From Mobula hypostoma (taxonomy: Eukaryota), in NCBI RefSeq assembly GCF_963921235.1, contig NC_086108.1, forward strand, positions 61,444,001 to 61,508,000: a stretch of DNA of 64,000 nucleotides, given 5' to 3'. A program made the translations under genes and the position numbers. Below, piece after piece: positions 24,661 through 35,799 of the stretch. The notes beneath the pieces were generated by a model. That model was not told where the DNA came from. It worked only from the letters and a program-made list of their open reading frames with translations, and did not search any database. Positions within the stretch are counted from its first letter, which is position 1, and every line of letters begins with the position of its first letter.

Positions 24661-27600
24661 ATCAGAATCAGAATCAGAATCAGGTTTATTATCACCAGCA
24701 TGTGATGTGAAATTTGTTAACTTAGCAACAGCAGTTCAATGCAATACACAATCTAGAAGAGAGAAAAAAATAAAAATAATAAGTACATCAATTACAGTAT
24801 ACAAATATTGAATAGATTTTAAAAAGTGCATAAACAGAAATACTGTATATTAAAAAAAAGTGAGGTAGTGTCCAAAGATTCATTGTCTATTTAGGAATCG
24901 GATCACAGAGGGGAAGAAGCTGTTCCTGAATCGCTGAGTGTGTATCTTCAAGCTTCTGTACTGCCTACCTGATGGTTACAGTGAGAAAAGGGCACGCCCT
25001 GGGTGCTGGAGGTCCTTAATAATGGATGCTGCCTTTCTGAGACACCGCTCCCTGAAGATGTCCTGGGTACTTTGAGGGCTAGTACCCAAGATGGAGCTGA
25101 CTAGATTTACAACCTTCTGCAGCTTCTTTCGGTCCTGTGCAGTAGCCCCTCCATACCAGACAGTGATGCAGCCTGTCAGAATGCTCTCCACGGTACAACT
25201 ATAGAAGTTTTTGAGTGTATTTGTTGACATGCCAAATCTCTTCAAACTCTGAATAAAGTATAGCCGCTGTCCTGCCTTCTTTATAACTGAATCGATATGT
25301 TGGGACCGGGTTAGATCCTCAGAGATCTTGACACCCAGGAACGTAAAACTGCTCTCTCTCTCCACTTCTGATTCCTCTATGAGGATTGGTATGTGTTCCT
25401 TCGTCTTACCCTTCCTGAAGTCCACAATCAGCTCTTCCGTCTTACTGACATTGAGTGCCAGGTTGTTGCTGTGGCACCACTCCACTAGTTGGCATATCTC
25501 ACTCCTGTACGCCCTCTCGTCACCACCTGGGATTCTACCAACAATGGTTGTATTGTCAGCAAATTTATAGATGGTATATGAGCTATGCCTCACCACACAG
25601 TCATATGTATATTGAGAGTAGAGCAGTGGGCTAAACACACACCCCTGAGGTGTGCCAGTGTTGATCATCAGCGAGGAGGATATGTTATCACAAATCCGCA
25701 CAGATTGTGGTCTTCCAGTTAGGAAGTCACGGATCCAATTGCAGGGGAAGGTACAGAGACCCAGGTTCTACAACTTCTCAATCAGGATTGTGGGAATGAT
25801 GGTATTAAATGCTGTGCTATAGTCGATGAACAGCATCCTGACATAGGTATTTGTGTTGTTCAGGTGGTCTGGACAACTGACCACTGTGTGTCCGACAAAG
25901 TGATCAGCAGCACTGGGGCTCCACAGGGGACTGTCTTGTCTCCCTTTCTCTTAACCATTTACACCTCGGACTTCAACTATTGCACAGAGTCTTTCATCTT
26001 CAGAAGTTTTCTGATGACTCTGCCATAGTTGGATGCATCAGCAAGGGAGATGAGGCTGAGTACAGGGCTATGGTAGGAAACTTTGTCACATGGTGTGAGC
26101 AGAATTAGCTGCAGCTTAATGTGAAAAGACTAAGGAGCTGGTGGTAGACCTGAGGAGAGCTAAGGTACCGGTGACCCCTGTTTCCATCCAGGGGGTCAGT
26201 GTGGACATGGTGGAGGATTACAAATACCTGGGGATACTAATTGACAATAAACTGGACTGGTCAAAGAACACTGAGGCTGTCTACAAGAAGGGTCAGAGCC
26301 GTCTCTATTTCCTGAGGAGACTGAGGTCCTTTAACATCTGCCGGACGATGCTGAGGATGTTCTACGAGTCTGTGGTGGCCAGTGCTATCATGTTTGCTGT
26401 TGTGTGCTGGGGCAGCGGGCTGAGGGCAGCACACACCAACAGAATCAACAAACTCATTTGTAAGGCCAGTGATGTTGTGGGGATGGAACTGGACTCTCTG
26501 GCGATGGTGTCTGAAAAGAGGATGCTGTCTAAGTTGCATGCCATCTTGGACAATGTCTCCCATCCATTACATAATGTACTGGTTGGGCACAGGAGTACAT
26601 TCAGCCAGAGACTCATTTCACCGAGATGCAACACAGAGCGTCATAGGAAGTCATTCCTGCCTGTGGCCACCAAACTTTACAACTCCTCTCTTGGAGCGTG
26701 AGACACCCTGATCCAATAGGCTGGTCCTGGACTTATTTCCTGGCATATTTTACATATTACTATTTAACTATTTATGGTTTTATTACTATTTATTATTGGC
26801 GACTATAACAAAAACAAATTTCCCCCGGGATCAATAAAGTATGACTATGACTATGACTATGACTATGACTAAACCCATGTGGAGGGCCATTGAGATTGTG
26901 TCTGCCGTTGACCTATTGTGGCGATAGACCAATTGCAATGGGTCCAGGTCCTTGCTGAGGCAGGAGTTCAGTCTAGTCATGACTAACCTCTCAAAACATT
27001 TCATCACTGTTGATGTGAGTGCTACTGGGTGATAGTCATTAAGGCAGCCCACATTATTCTTCTTAGGCACTGGTATAATTGTTGCCTTTTTGAAGAAAGT
27101 GGGAACTTCTGCCCGTAGCAGTTAGAGGTTGAAAATGTCCTTGAGTATTCCCGCCAGTTGGTTGACACAGGTTTTCAGAGCCTTACCAGGTACTCCATCG
27201 GGACCTTCCGCCTTGCAAGGGTTCACTCTCTTTAAAGACAGCCTAATATCGGCCTCTGAGACAGAGATCACAGGGTCATCAGGTGCAGCAGGGATCTTCA
27301 CAGCTGTAGTTGTGTTCTCCCTTTCAAAGTGTGCATAGAAGGCGTTGAGTTCATCTGGTAGTGAAGCATTGCTGCCTCATGCTACTGGGTTTTGCTTTGT
27401 AGAAGGTAATGTCTTGCAGACCCTGCCAGAGTTGCCGTGCATCTGTTATCGCCTCCAACCTCGTCGTCTTTGAAATAACCCTTTGCAAACCATACCTGGA
27501 TTTCTGGTATAGGCCTGGATCACCAGACTTGAATGCCACAGATCTGGCCTTCAGCAGACGACGTACCTCCTGGTTCATTTGCGGCTTTTGGTCTGGGAAT

Positions 27601-28250
27601 GTACAGTAAGTCTTTGTGGACACATACTCATCCACACAGCTTTTAATGAAGTCGGTAACAACTGCAGCATACTCATCCAGATTCAAAGATGAATCCCGGA
27701 ATACAGTCCAGTCCACTGATTCAAAGCAGTCCTGTAAGCGCTCCTATGCTTCCCTTGTCCATACCTTCTTGGTCCTCACTACTGGTGCTCCAGTCTTCAG
27801 TCCCTGCCTGTACTCAGGGAGCAGAACTACAGCCACATGATCAGACTTCCTGAAGTAAGGGCACGGAATAGTACGGTAGTCATTCTTGATGGTGGTGTAG
27901 CAATGGTCCAGTGTGTTGTTACCTCTGGTATTGCAAGTGATCTGTTTATGGTAATTGCTTAGTGATTTTTTTCAGACTGGCCTGATTAAAATCTCCCAAA
28001 ACGATAGTGAAGGCATTAGGGTGTGCAGTTTCGTGCATGTTGATCCCATTGCTCAGATCATCTAAATCCTGCTTGACTTTGGCCTGAGGTAAACTACTAC
28101 CAAAACGACCCTGGAGAGCTCCCGTGATAGGTAAAAAGGACGGAACTTTACTGCTAGATATTCCAGGTCTGGTGAGCAGAATTGGGACAGCACTGATATG
28201 TTTGTGCACCAAGAAGAGTTGATCATGAGGCATACTCCTCCACCTCTGCT
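24661..28250 (-). mobile_element. Rex1/Babar-clade LINE (APE part, RT, 3' end), split by a + strand copy
   Basis: ORF 24976-25701 [25 protein letters not shown]; ORFs 26831-28328 [26 protein letters not shown]; (atcaga)n tail at 24661. Confidence 0.9.
25871..26870 (+). mobile_element. Rex1/Babar-type LINE 3' kb
   Basis: [25 protein letters not shown] 26141-26701; aataaa followed by a (gactat)n tail. Confidence 0.9.
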
Positions 28251-31200
28251 TTTATTATTATTATTGTTAATATCATTTATTTTTTCTCTTGCTTTTTGTA
28301 TTTGCGAAGTATTTTGTATTTTCCTCACATTTGTTGTTGTCTGCCCTGTTGATGGTGATCTTTCGTTTTATTGTGTTTCTTGTATGTGCCGTGATTGCCC
28401 ACAAGAAAGGGAATCTCAGGGTTGTATATGGTGACACGTACGCACTTTGATCATAAATCTATTTTGAATTTTTTTCCATGTCTGATCTCCTGATGTAGTG
28501 GAGGCCACATTGAGAGCACCAAATGCAATAGTCGACATAGAATGCAGCCCATGTGAATTTTTGCCCTGAAAGGGCTGTTTAAGTCCCTGAACGGTGATGA
28601 GGGAGGGTGTGTAAGGACATTGATACATCTCCTACAATTGCAGAGGAGAGTGCCAGTGGACAGGAAGGGGTGGGTGGAGAGCAACAGTGTACATAAAGAG
28701 AAAAGTCTTAAAGAGGATGGTCCCTTTCAAAAGCAGAAAGGAGTTAGGAGGGGACACTTCCTGAAGTAGGGCTCAGCATAAAACATCAACTGACCTGCTG
28801 AGTTCCTCCAGCATTTTGTATGTGTTACTCTATAGTTAGGCGGGGAGGTGGGACTGGTGGTGAGATTGCGTTGCAGTTTGCAAAAATGCCCAAGAATTAT
28901 GGGCTGTATGCAGCTGCAGGGTGATTGGAACTCTATCATTGTTCCATCTGGGATGAAGTGGGATGACAACAGAAGTATGGGAAATGGTAGAGGGAATTTT
29001 GCAGGGAGAAAGCCTTCTTCAGCATATCCACCATAACCCATGACCTGTTCCACCAAAGAAGGGATTCAGGTACATGAGAACACAATTCTGCCCCAAGTCA
29101 GGCATCATCTTGATTTGACAATAAAACACCTTTCCTTCATTCTGTCTGGAATTAGGTCCAATCTCCCTACCTATTCTCAGCAAGAATGATTGCAATGTTT
29201 CAAGATAGATCACCATTACCTTCTCAATAATAACTGAAGAAGGACAATAATATTATTTTGCTAGGAGAACTCAGACACACTTAGAATTACTTAGAGACCC
29301 CAATCTATTTTATGTGCTCACGTACTCAACATTGACTTGAACCTACAACCTCTTGGCACAGAATGGTACAAGCTGAGAAGTGAAAAGATACTCCTTAAGC
29401 AACAATGTGCTCCCAGCAACATTTCTTCTCACTTCCAGCTGCAGGAGTATTTTGCTTTTGTAGACAATATGGCAGTTCATTTTATTAAAATAAAGGTAAA
29501 TATAATCTGTAATTTGTAATTATTAATTAATTTATGAATTCTTGGTTTTGCATGTTGATGGTAAGTAAAAATCCATTTTGCCCAATTAATTTTTCTCAGA
29601 CCAAAATGTAAATAGAAACCAAGTAAATATCTGACCAAAATAAATCTCTCAAAAGAAAAATGATAACCTTTTTAATTACATGCTATTAATAGAACTGTAT
29701 TGCTCCTATTGAAACTGAGCACAAAAATAGAATATTATTGACTATAATGTGTAGCCAATAGAACATGGTCAATGAAGATTTGTCTGAAATTGACTGCACT
29801 AAAATGCAGTAACTTGCTTCACCCACATTTGGCTTCAAGTGCACTATGGTTACTGTTTGTTCAATGTTCATATTCATCTTGCGAAAGGGTTAGGCTCCTG
29901 TGGTGAGTGCTGGGAGATTTCTAGAATTATCCACATATAGGCCTACCAATTCCGTTATGCTGGCCTACGCACATGACCTTTGTACCAGAAGAAGCCTCAG
30001 GATTGTAAGTGAGTTGAGGTGACTATACTTGCCTTTTATACAGCTTGCCAGTGAAGAGATTTCGATTTTGGGTTGCATCCTCAGTATCAAACCAGGGCTG
30101 CGAACCACAACTGAGACAAGACTAGACCAGACATGCTGCCTATAAATGGAACACTTTAATCCACATTAAAATAATCACCCACACCTCATACCCTGAGGAT
30201 AATGCATAACTTAGGAGAAGGAGCTGTCATCTTCAAGGAATGGGGAAAGGGAGTAGAGATCCATCTGTGCTAGTACTATTTTCTGGCCAAGGTGAAATCT
30301 CTGTGTTAGTAATGATGTGGACAATTACCCACTGCAAAAAAAATTACAGAAATATGTAATTATAAAGCCTGTTTTTTGTCACTGGATAATTTTGAATGAT
30401 AGGTATTAAATTGTCAAAATCCTTGGAAGATACATGCTTGAAGTTGCAACATGACTGTATAAATTCAGATACAATTTTGGAAGAAGTAGAAAGAGAAGGC
30501 ATTTTTTCATGCAGAGGGCAACATGGTTAAATCATGGATCAAAAGTTGTGTTTTGTAAACAGTTTAATGTCATTTAGTTGGAATGGCTGCCCGAGTTCGC
30601 CTTTCAAGCATCTGTGTATCAATTTGCAATCAATTCCAATGAGTTCAAGGAGCTATGTACATAGAGTGGAGCCAGTTTCATAGCATTGAACACTTCGGAA
30701 TAAGGTTCAGCTGTGGTCCTCATTGTAAATTATTACATAGTTAAACTGCAAGCCCGAAATAACCTCCTGTTAGAAATGTTCATATTTGATGCATTTCAAA
30801 ATCATTTTGGTATTGAACAATCATACCCTTTAAAAATATAAGCTCTTAGGCTCCAGTGACCAATATAAGGGATGACCAGGATGGAGGGCTTACCTTCACC
30901 AGAGGGATTGCAATGGTTTAAGGTGAGCTAACCACTTCTTTTTGTAGGGCACGTAGGAATAGGCAATAAGCATTGGCCTCGTCAGTGACGTGCAGATCAT
31001 AGAAAATAGATTTGGGGGGAAATCCCTGTGGAAATGCTACCCCGTTTTAAAATAACGCATCAATTTACCCTTGGATTCACTCCTCAGTGTGTAATATGGC
31101 ACTAAGGTTTGAGAAGAACTCCTCATTGCTACTCAAACCTTACCCTTTCTGAACACACTGTCCTTCACTCCCTCCACACCAATCCCAACCTTACTATCAA

Positions 31201-32086
31201 ACCTGCAGATGAAGAGAATGCTGTTGTAGGATGACGGACTACCTTGCTGAGGCCAGGCGGCATCTCTCAGATACCTCGTCTTACCTACCCCCTGAAAAGG
31301 ACCCCACTCCAGACCATCAAAAAATTGTCTCCAACACCATCACTAACCTTATCAACTCTGGAGCACTCCTGTCCACTGCCACCAAACTCAGAGGTCCCTG
31401 ACCCTACACTGCTTGCTTCTACCTCCAACCCAAGATCCACCAACCTGACCAGCCCATTATCTCTGACTGTTCCTGCCCCACTGAACTCGTGTCTGCATAC
31501 CTTGACTCCATTCTATCCTTCTTGGTTCAGTCCTTTCCTACCTACATCCACAATACTTCAAATGCTCTTGAACTCAACACATTTCGATTCCCTGGCCCTG
31601 ACTGCCTCTTTTTCACCACAGATGTCCAGTGTCTGTATACTGCTATTCCACATCAAGAAGGCATTAAAGCTCTTTGCTTCTTTCTCAAGGAAAGATCCAG
31701 CCAGTTTTCCTCCACCGCCACCCTCCTCCATCTGGTTCTCGTATTCAACAATTTCCCTTCAGTTCCTCCCACTTTCTCCAGGCTCAAGGGGTAGCTGTGG
31801 GCACTTGCATGGACCCCAACAGTGCCTGCATTTTTGCTGGCTACATAGAATAGTCCATGTTCCAAGCCTTCCCTGGTAATGCACCCCAACTCTTCCTGTG
31901 CTAGATTGCCGACTGCACTGATGCTGCTTCATACATTCTTGCTGAGCTTGTCAATTTCATCAACTTTGCCTCCACCTTCCACCTTGACCTTAAATTCACT
32001 TGGTCCATTTCAGACACCTCTCCCCCCTTTCTCGATCTCTCTGTCTCCATCTCTGTAGCCAAACTGTCTACCAACATCTTTTATAA

Positions 32087-32429
32087 GAGAATTCCTAAAG
32101 CATGGTTTCCTGCAAACAATTCTGTAAACAGACATGTTGACCTCAATCCTATCTATGACCAGATGTAAACCAAATTCCAGGCCACAATGCATGAAGTTTG
32201 ACACACAGCCAATCGGCAATGAGATTTCCTCCTCACATCACAAATAAGTTTCTGAAATGACATAAAAGGTTATTTATATCAAACGATGTAAAAAGACAGC
32301 TGAGTAAACAGTTATACAGACCAAGCAGTCAGAGGGCACATCACAATCAACAGCACAATAATGATCTCTCATCACATGATGACAAAACTTTTTCAAGTAA
32401 AATGCCAAGATTGGAGAACAACTCAACCT
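32087..32429 (+). mobile_element. 3' fragment of a different (Poseidon/Penelope-clade-like) PLE
   Basis: Frameshifted REFL(E)AWF..SVNRHVDLNPIY, resembling a GIY-YIG C-terminus. TSD atcttt(t/g)ataa at 32076-32086 and 32430-32440. Confidence 0.55.
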
Positions 32430-33119
32430 ATCTTTGATAAACCTACTGATTCCTTTGTCTATCTTGACTATATGTCTCCTCACCCTGTCTTCTTTAAAAA
32501 ACGCTATTCCCTTTACTTGGTTCTGTCATCTACACCACATCTGTTCCCTGGACGTGGCTTTCCATTCCAGGATATCAGGAATGTCTTCCTTCTTCAAAAA
32601 ACAGGGTTTCCCTTCTTCCACCATTGATACTGCCCTCACCCGCACCTCCTCCATTTCCTGGATATCCACGCTCACCACATTTTCCCACCGTCTTAACAGG
32701 GCTAGAATTCCTCCTGTGCTCACCTACCACCCCTAGAGCCTTCGCATGCAACACATCATTCTCCACAACTTCCGACATCTCGAACGGGATCCTATCGTCA
32801 AAGACAATTTTACCTCCTTCCCACACTCAGCTTTCCGCACGGACTGGTTCCTCCATGATCCCCTTGTCCATTCGTCCCTCCCACCGATCACTTGGCACTT
32901 AGTCCTGCAAGCAACAAAAGTGCTACACCAGCACAAATACCTCCCTTACCTCCATTCAGGACCCTAAACAGTTCTTCCAGGTGAGGGAAAAATTCACCCG
33001 TGAATCTGTTGTGGTCATCTATTGTATCTGGTAAACACAAAATACTCTGCTGGGGTCAAAGCAACACGCACAACACATTGGAGGAACTCAGCAGGTCAGG
33101 CAGCATCCGTGGTAACAAT

Positions 33120-33157
33120 CAGTCAACGTTTCGGGCCGGAACCCTTCGTCAGGACTG
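33120..33157 (-). ncRNA. minimal type I hammerhead ribozyme motif
   Basis: CAGTC-CTGACGA-A-GGGT-TCCG-GCCC-GAAAC-GTT-GACTG; palindromic AACGTT at stem III. Confidence 0.82.
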
Positions 33158-33248
33158 TAGGGGGAAGGGCCAGAGGCCCTATAAAGAAACATACATCAAA
33201 GTTGCTGGTGAACGCAGCAGGCCAAGCAGCATCTCTAGGAAGAGGCGC

Positions 33249-33284
33249 AGTCGACGTTTCAGGCCGAGACCCTTCGTCAGGACT
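33249..33284 (-). ncRNA. minimal type I hammerhead ribozyme motif
   Basis: Identical to 12078-12113. Confidence 0.8.
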
Positions 33285-33598
33285 AACTGAAGGAAGAGTG
33301 AGTAAGGGATTTGAAAGCTGGAGGGGGAGGGGGAGATGCAAAATGATAGGAGAAGACAGGAGGGGGAGGGATAGAGCCGAGAGCTGGACAGGTGATAGGC
33401 AAAAGGGGATACGAGAGGATCATGGGACAGGAGGTCCGGGAAGAAAGACGGGGGGGGGTGACCCAGAGGATGGGCAAGAGGTATATTCAGAGGGACAGAG
33501 GGAGAAAAAGGAGAGTGAGAGAAAGAATGTGTGCATAAAAATGAGTAACAGCTGGGGTACGAGGGGGAGGTGGGGCCTAGCGGAAGTTAGAGAAGTCA

Positions 33599-34072
33599 AT
33601 GTTCATGCCATCAGGTTGGAGGTCCCCCCCATCCCTCCCCACTGATCTCCCTCCTGGCACTTATCCGTGTAAGCGGAACAAGTGCTACACATGCCCTTAC
33701 ACTTCCTCCCTTACCACCATTCAGGGCCCCAAACAGTCCTTCCAGGTGAGGCATCACTTCACCTGTGAGTCGACTGGGGTGATATACTGCGTCCGGTGCT
33801 CCCGATGTGGCCTTTTATATATTGGTGAGACCCGACGCAGACTGGGAGACCGCTTTGCTGAACATCTACGCTCTGTCCGCCAGAGAAAGCAGGATCTCCC
33901 AGTGGCCACACATTTTAATTCCACATCCCATTCCCATTCTGACATGTCTATCCACGGCCTCCTCTACTGTAAAGATGAAGCCACACTCAGGTTGGAGGAA
34001 CAACACCTTATATTCCGTCTGGGTAGCCTCCAACCTGATGGCATGAACATTGACTTCTCTAACTTCCGCTAG
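33599..34072 (+). CDS. PLE GIY-YIG endonuclease domain (true homology starts ~33623)
   Basis: Almost identical to 12406-12867 in translation. The first residues come from the inverted arm. Confidence 0.8.
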   Translation: MFMPSGWRSPPSLPTDLPPGTYPCKRNKCYTCPYTSSLTTIQGPKQSFQVRHHFTCESTGVIYCVRCSRCGLLYIGETRRRLGDRFAEHLRSVRQRKQDLPVATHFNSTSHSHSDMSIHGLLYCKDEATLRLEEQHLIFRLGSLQPDGMNIDFSNFR

Positions 34073-34364
34073 GCCCCACCTCCCCCTCGTACCCCAGCTG
34101 TTACTCATTTTTATGCACACATTCTTTCTCTCACTCTCCTTTTTCTCCCTCTGTCCCTCTGAATATACCTCTTGCCCATCCTCTGGGTCACCCCCCCCCG
34201 TCTTTCTTCCCGGACCTCCTGTCCCATGATCCTCTCGTATCCCCTTTTGCCTATCACCTGTCCAGCTCTCGGCACTATCCCTCCCCCTCCTGTCTTCTCC
34301 TATCATTTTGCATCTCCCCCTCCCCCTCCAGCTTTCAAATCCCTTACTCACTCTTCCTTCAGTT

Positions 34365-34400
34365 AGTCCTGACGAAGGGTCTCGGCCTGAAACGTCGACT
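34365..34400 (+). ncRNA. minimal type I hammerhead ribozyme motif
   Basis: agtc-ctgacga-a-gggt-ctcg-gcct-gaaac-gtc-gact. Confidence 0.82.
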
Positions 34401-35799
34401 GCGCCTCTTCCTAGAGATGCTGCTTGGCCTGCTGCGTTCACCAGCAACTTTGATGTATGTTGCTTGAATTTCCAGCATCTGCAGAATTCCTGTTGTTGGC
34501 CCTATAAAGAAGGTGGGGGGGAGGGTGGGAAGGAGAAGGCTGGTAGGTTCCAGGTGAAAAACCAGTAAGGGGAAAGATAAAGGGGTGGAGGAGGGGAAGC
34601 AGGGAGGTGAAGAAGGAAAAAGGGAAAGCACAATGGGTAGTAGAAGGAGGTGGAACCATGAGGGAGGTGATAGGCAGCTGGAGGAGGGGGCAGAGTGACA
34701 TAGGGATAGGGGAAGGGAGGGGGAGGGAATTACCGGAAGTTGGAGAATTCGATGTTCATACCAAGGGGCTGGAGACTACCCAGACGGTATATGAGGTGTT
34801 GCTCCTCCAACCTGAGTTTAGCCACATCATGGCAGTAGAGGAGGCCATGTATAGACATACCCAAATGGGAATGTGAAGCAGAGTTGAAGTGGGTGGCAAC
34901 CAGGAGATCCTGTCTGTTGTGGACATGCTCAACGAAGTGGTCCCCCAATCTGTGTCAGGTTTCACCGATGTAGAGGAGACCGCACTGCGAGCACCGGATG
35001 CAATAGATGACCCCAACAGACTCACAAGTGAAGTGTTGCCTCACTTGGAAGGACTGTTTGGGGCCCTGAATGGTGGCAAGAGAGGAGGTGTAGGGACAAG
35101 TGTAGCACTTGCGCTTACAGAGATAAGTGCCAGGTGGGAGATCCGTGGGGAGGGATGTGTGGACCAGGGAGTTGCGAAGGGAATGATCCCTGCAGAAAGC
35201 AGAGAGGGATGGAGAGGGAAAAATGTGCTTAGTGGTGGAGTCCTGTTGAAGGTGGCGGAAGTTGCGGAGGATAATGTGCTAGATCCAGAGGCTGGTGGGG
35301 TGGTAGGTGAGGACAAGGGGAACTCTGTCCCTGTTGTGGTGACGGGAGGATGGGGGTGAGGGCCGAAGTGCAGGAAATGGAGGAGATGCGGGTGAGGGCA
35401 TCATTGATAATGGCAGAAGGGAAACCACGATCCTTAAAGAAAGCGGACATTTGAGATGTTCTGGAACGGCAAGCCTCATCCTGGGAACAGATGCAGTGGA
35501 GACGGAGGAGCTGGGAATAGGGAATGGCATTTTTGCATGTGGCAGGGTGGGAAGAGGTATAGTTGAGGTATTGTATCTTGTGCTCTTCTACATTGACATA
35601 AATTGGGGGATTGCTTTGCCGAGCAACTCCGCTCCACTCCACTCCATCCACCAAAAGCGGAATTTCCAACTGGTCAACCTTTTTAATTCTTATCCCCAGT
35701 CTTGTTCCAACACGTCAGTCCATGGCTTCGTCTAGGTAACCTTCAACCTGAACATTGATTTCTCCTTCTGGAAAAAAAAATGTTTTCTCCCATTCCCTC

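Larger units (their letters stand above)
24440..28470 (+). mobile_element. Rex1/Babar-type 3' end, split: ~24440-24660 and ~28250-28470
   Basis: ctctcttctcactgctgccatcaggaagaaggtacaggagcc start and gaatctcagggttgtatatggtgac..aataaa-like end. Same family as 53050-53395. Confidence 0.65.
24215..29000 (-). mobile_element. old PLE remnant, split: ~24215-24440 and ~28480-29000
   Basis: Decayed GIY-YIG 3' end (aaattggagaattctatgctcatccattggg) at the left. ORF 28416-28628 CPYTPSLITVQGLKQPFQ at the right. Confidence 0.6.
33189..34497. mobile_element. young PLE insertion: inverted pLTR (33189-33622, -) plus GIY-YIG/pLTR (33623-34497, +)
   Basis: ~434-bp near-perfect inverted repeat with 34027-34460. 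Perfect 14-bp TSD ggccctataaagaa at 33175-33188 and 34498-34511. Confidence 0.95.
33030..35568 (-). mobile_element. PLE 3' part (second subfamily) inserted in the old PLE; itself interrupted at 33189-34497
   Basis: ORFs 35229-35669, 35279-35530 and 34730-34948 (KNAIPYSQLLRL, RVPLVLTYHP, EEQHLIYRLG). TSD tattgtatct at 33020-33029 and 35569-35578. Confidence 0.88.

Noticed and set aside
29925..30011. Plus-strand segment ending in a GTAAGT donor
   Set aside because: Weak acceptor, no recognisable peptide, and no other supporting plus-strand exons.
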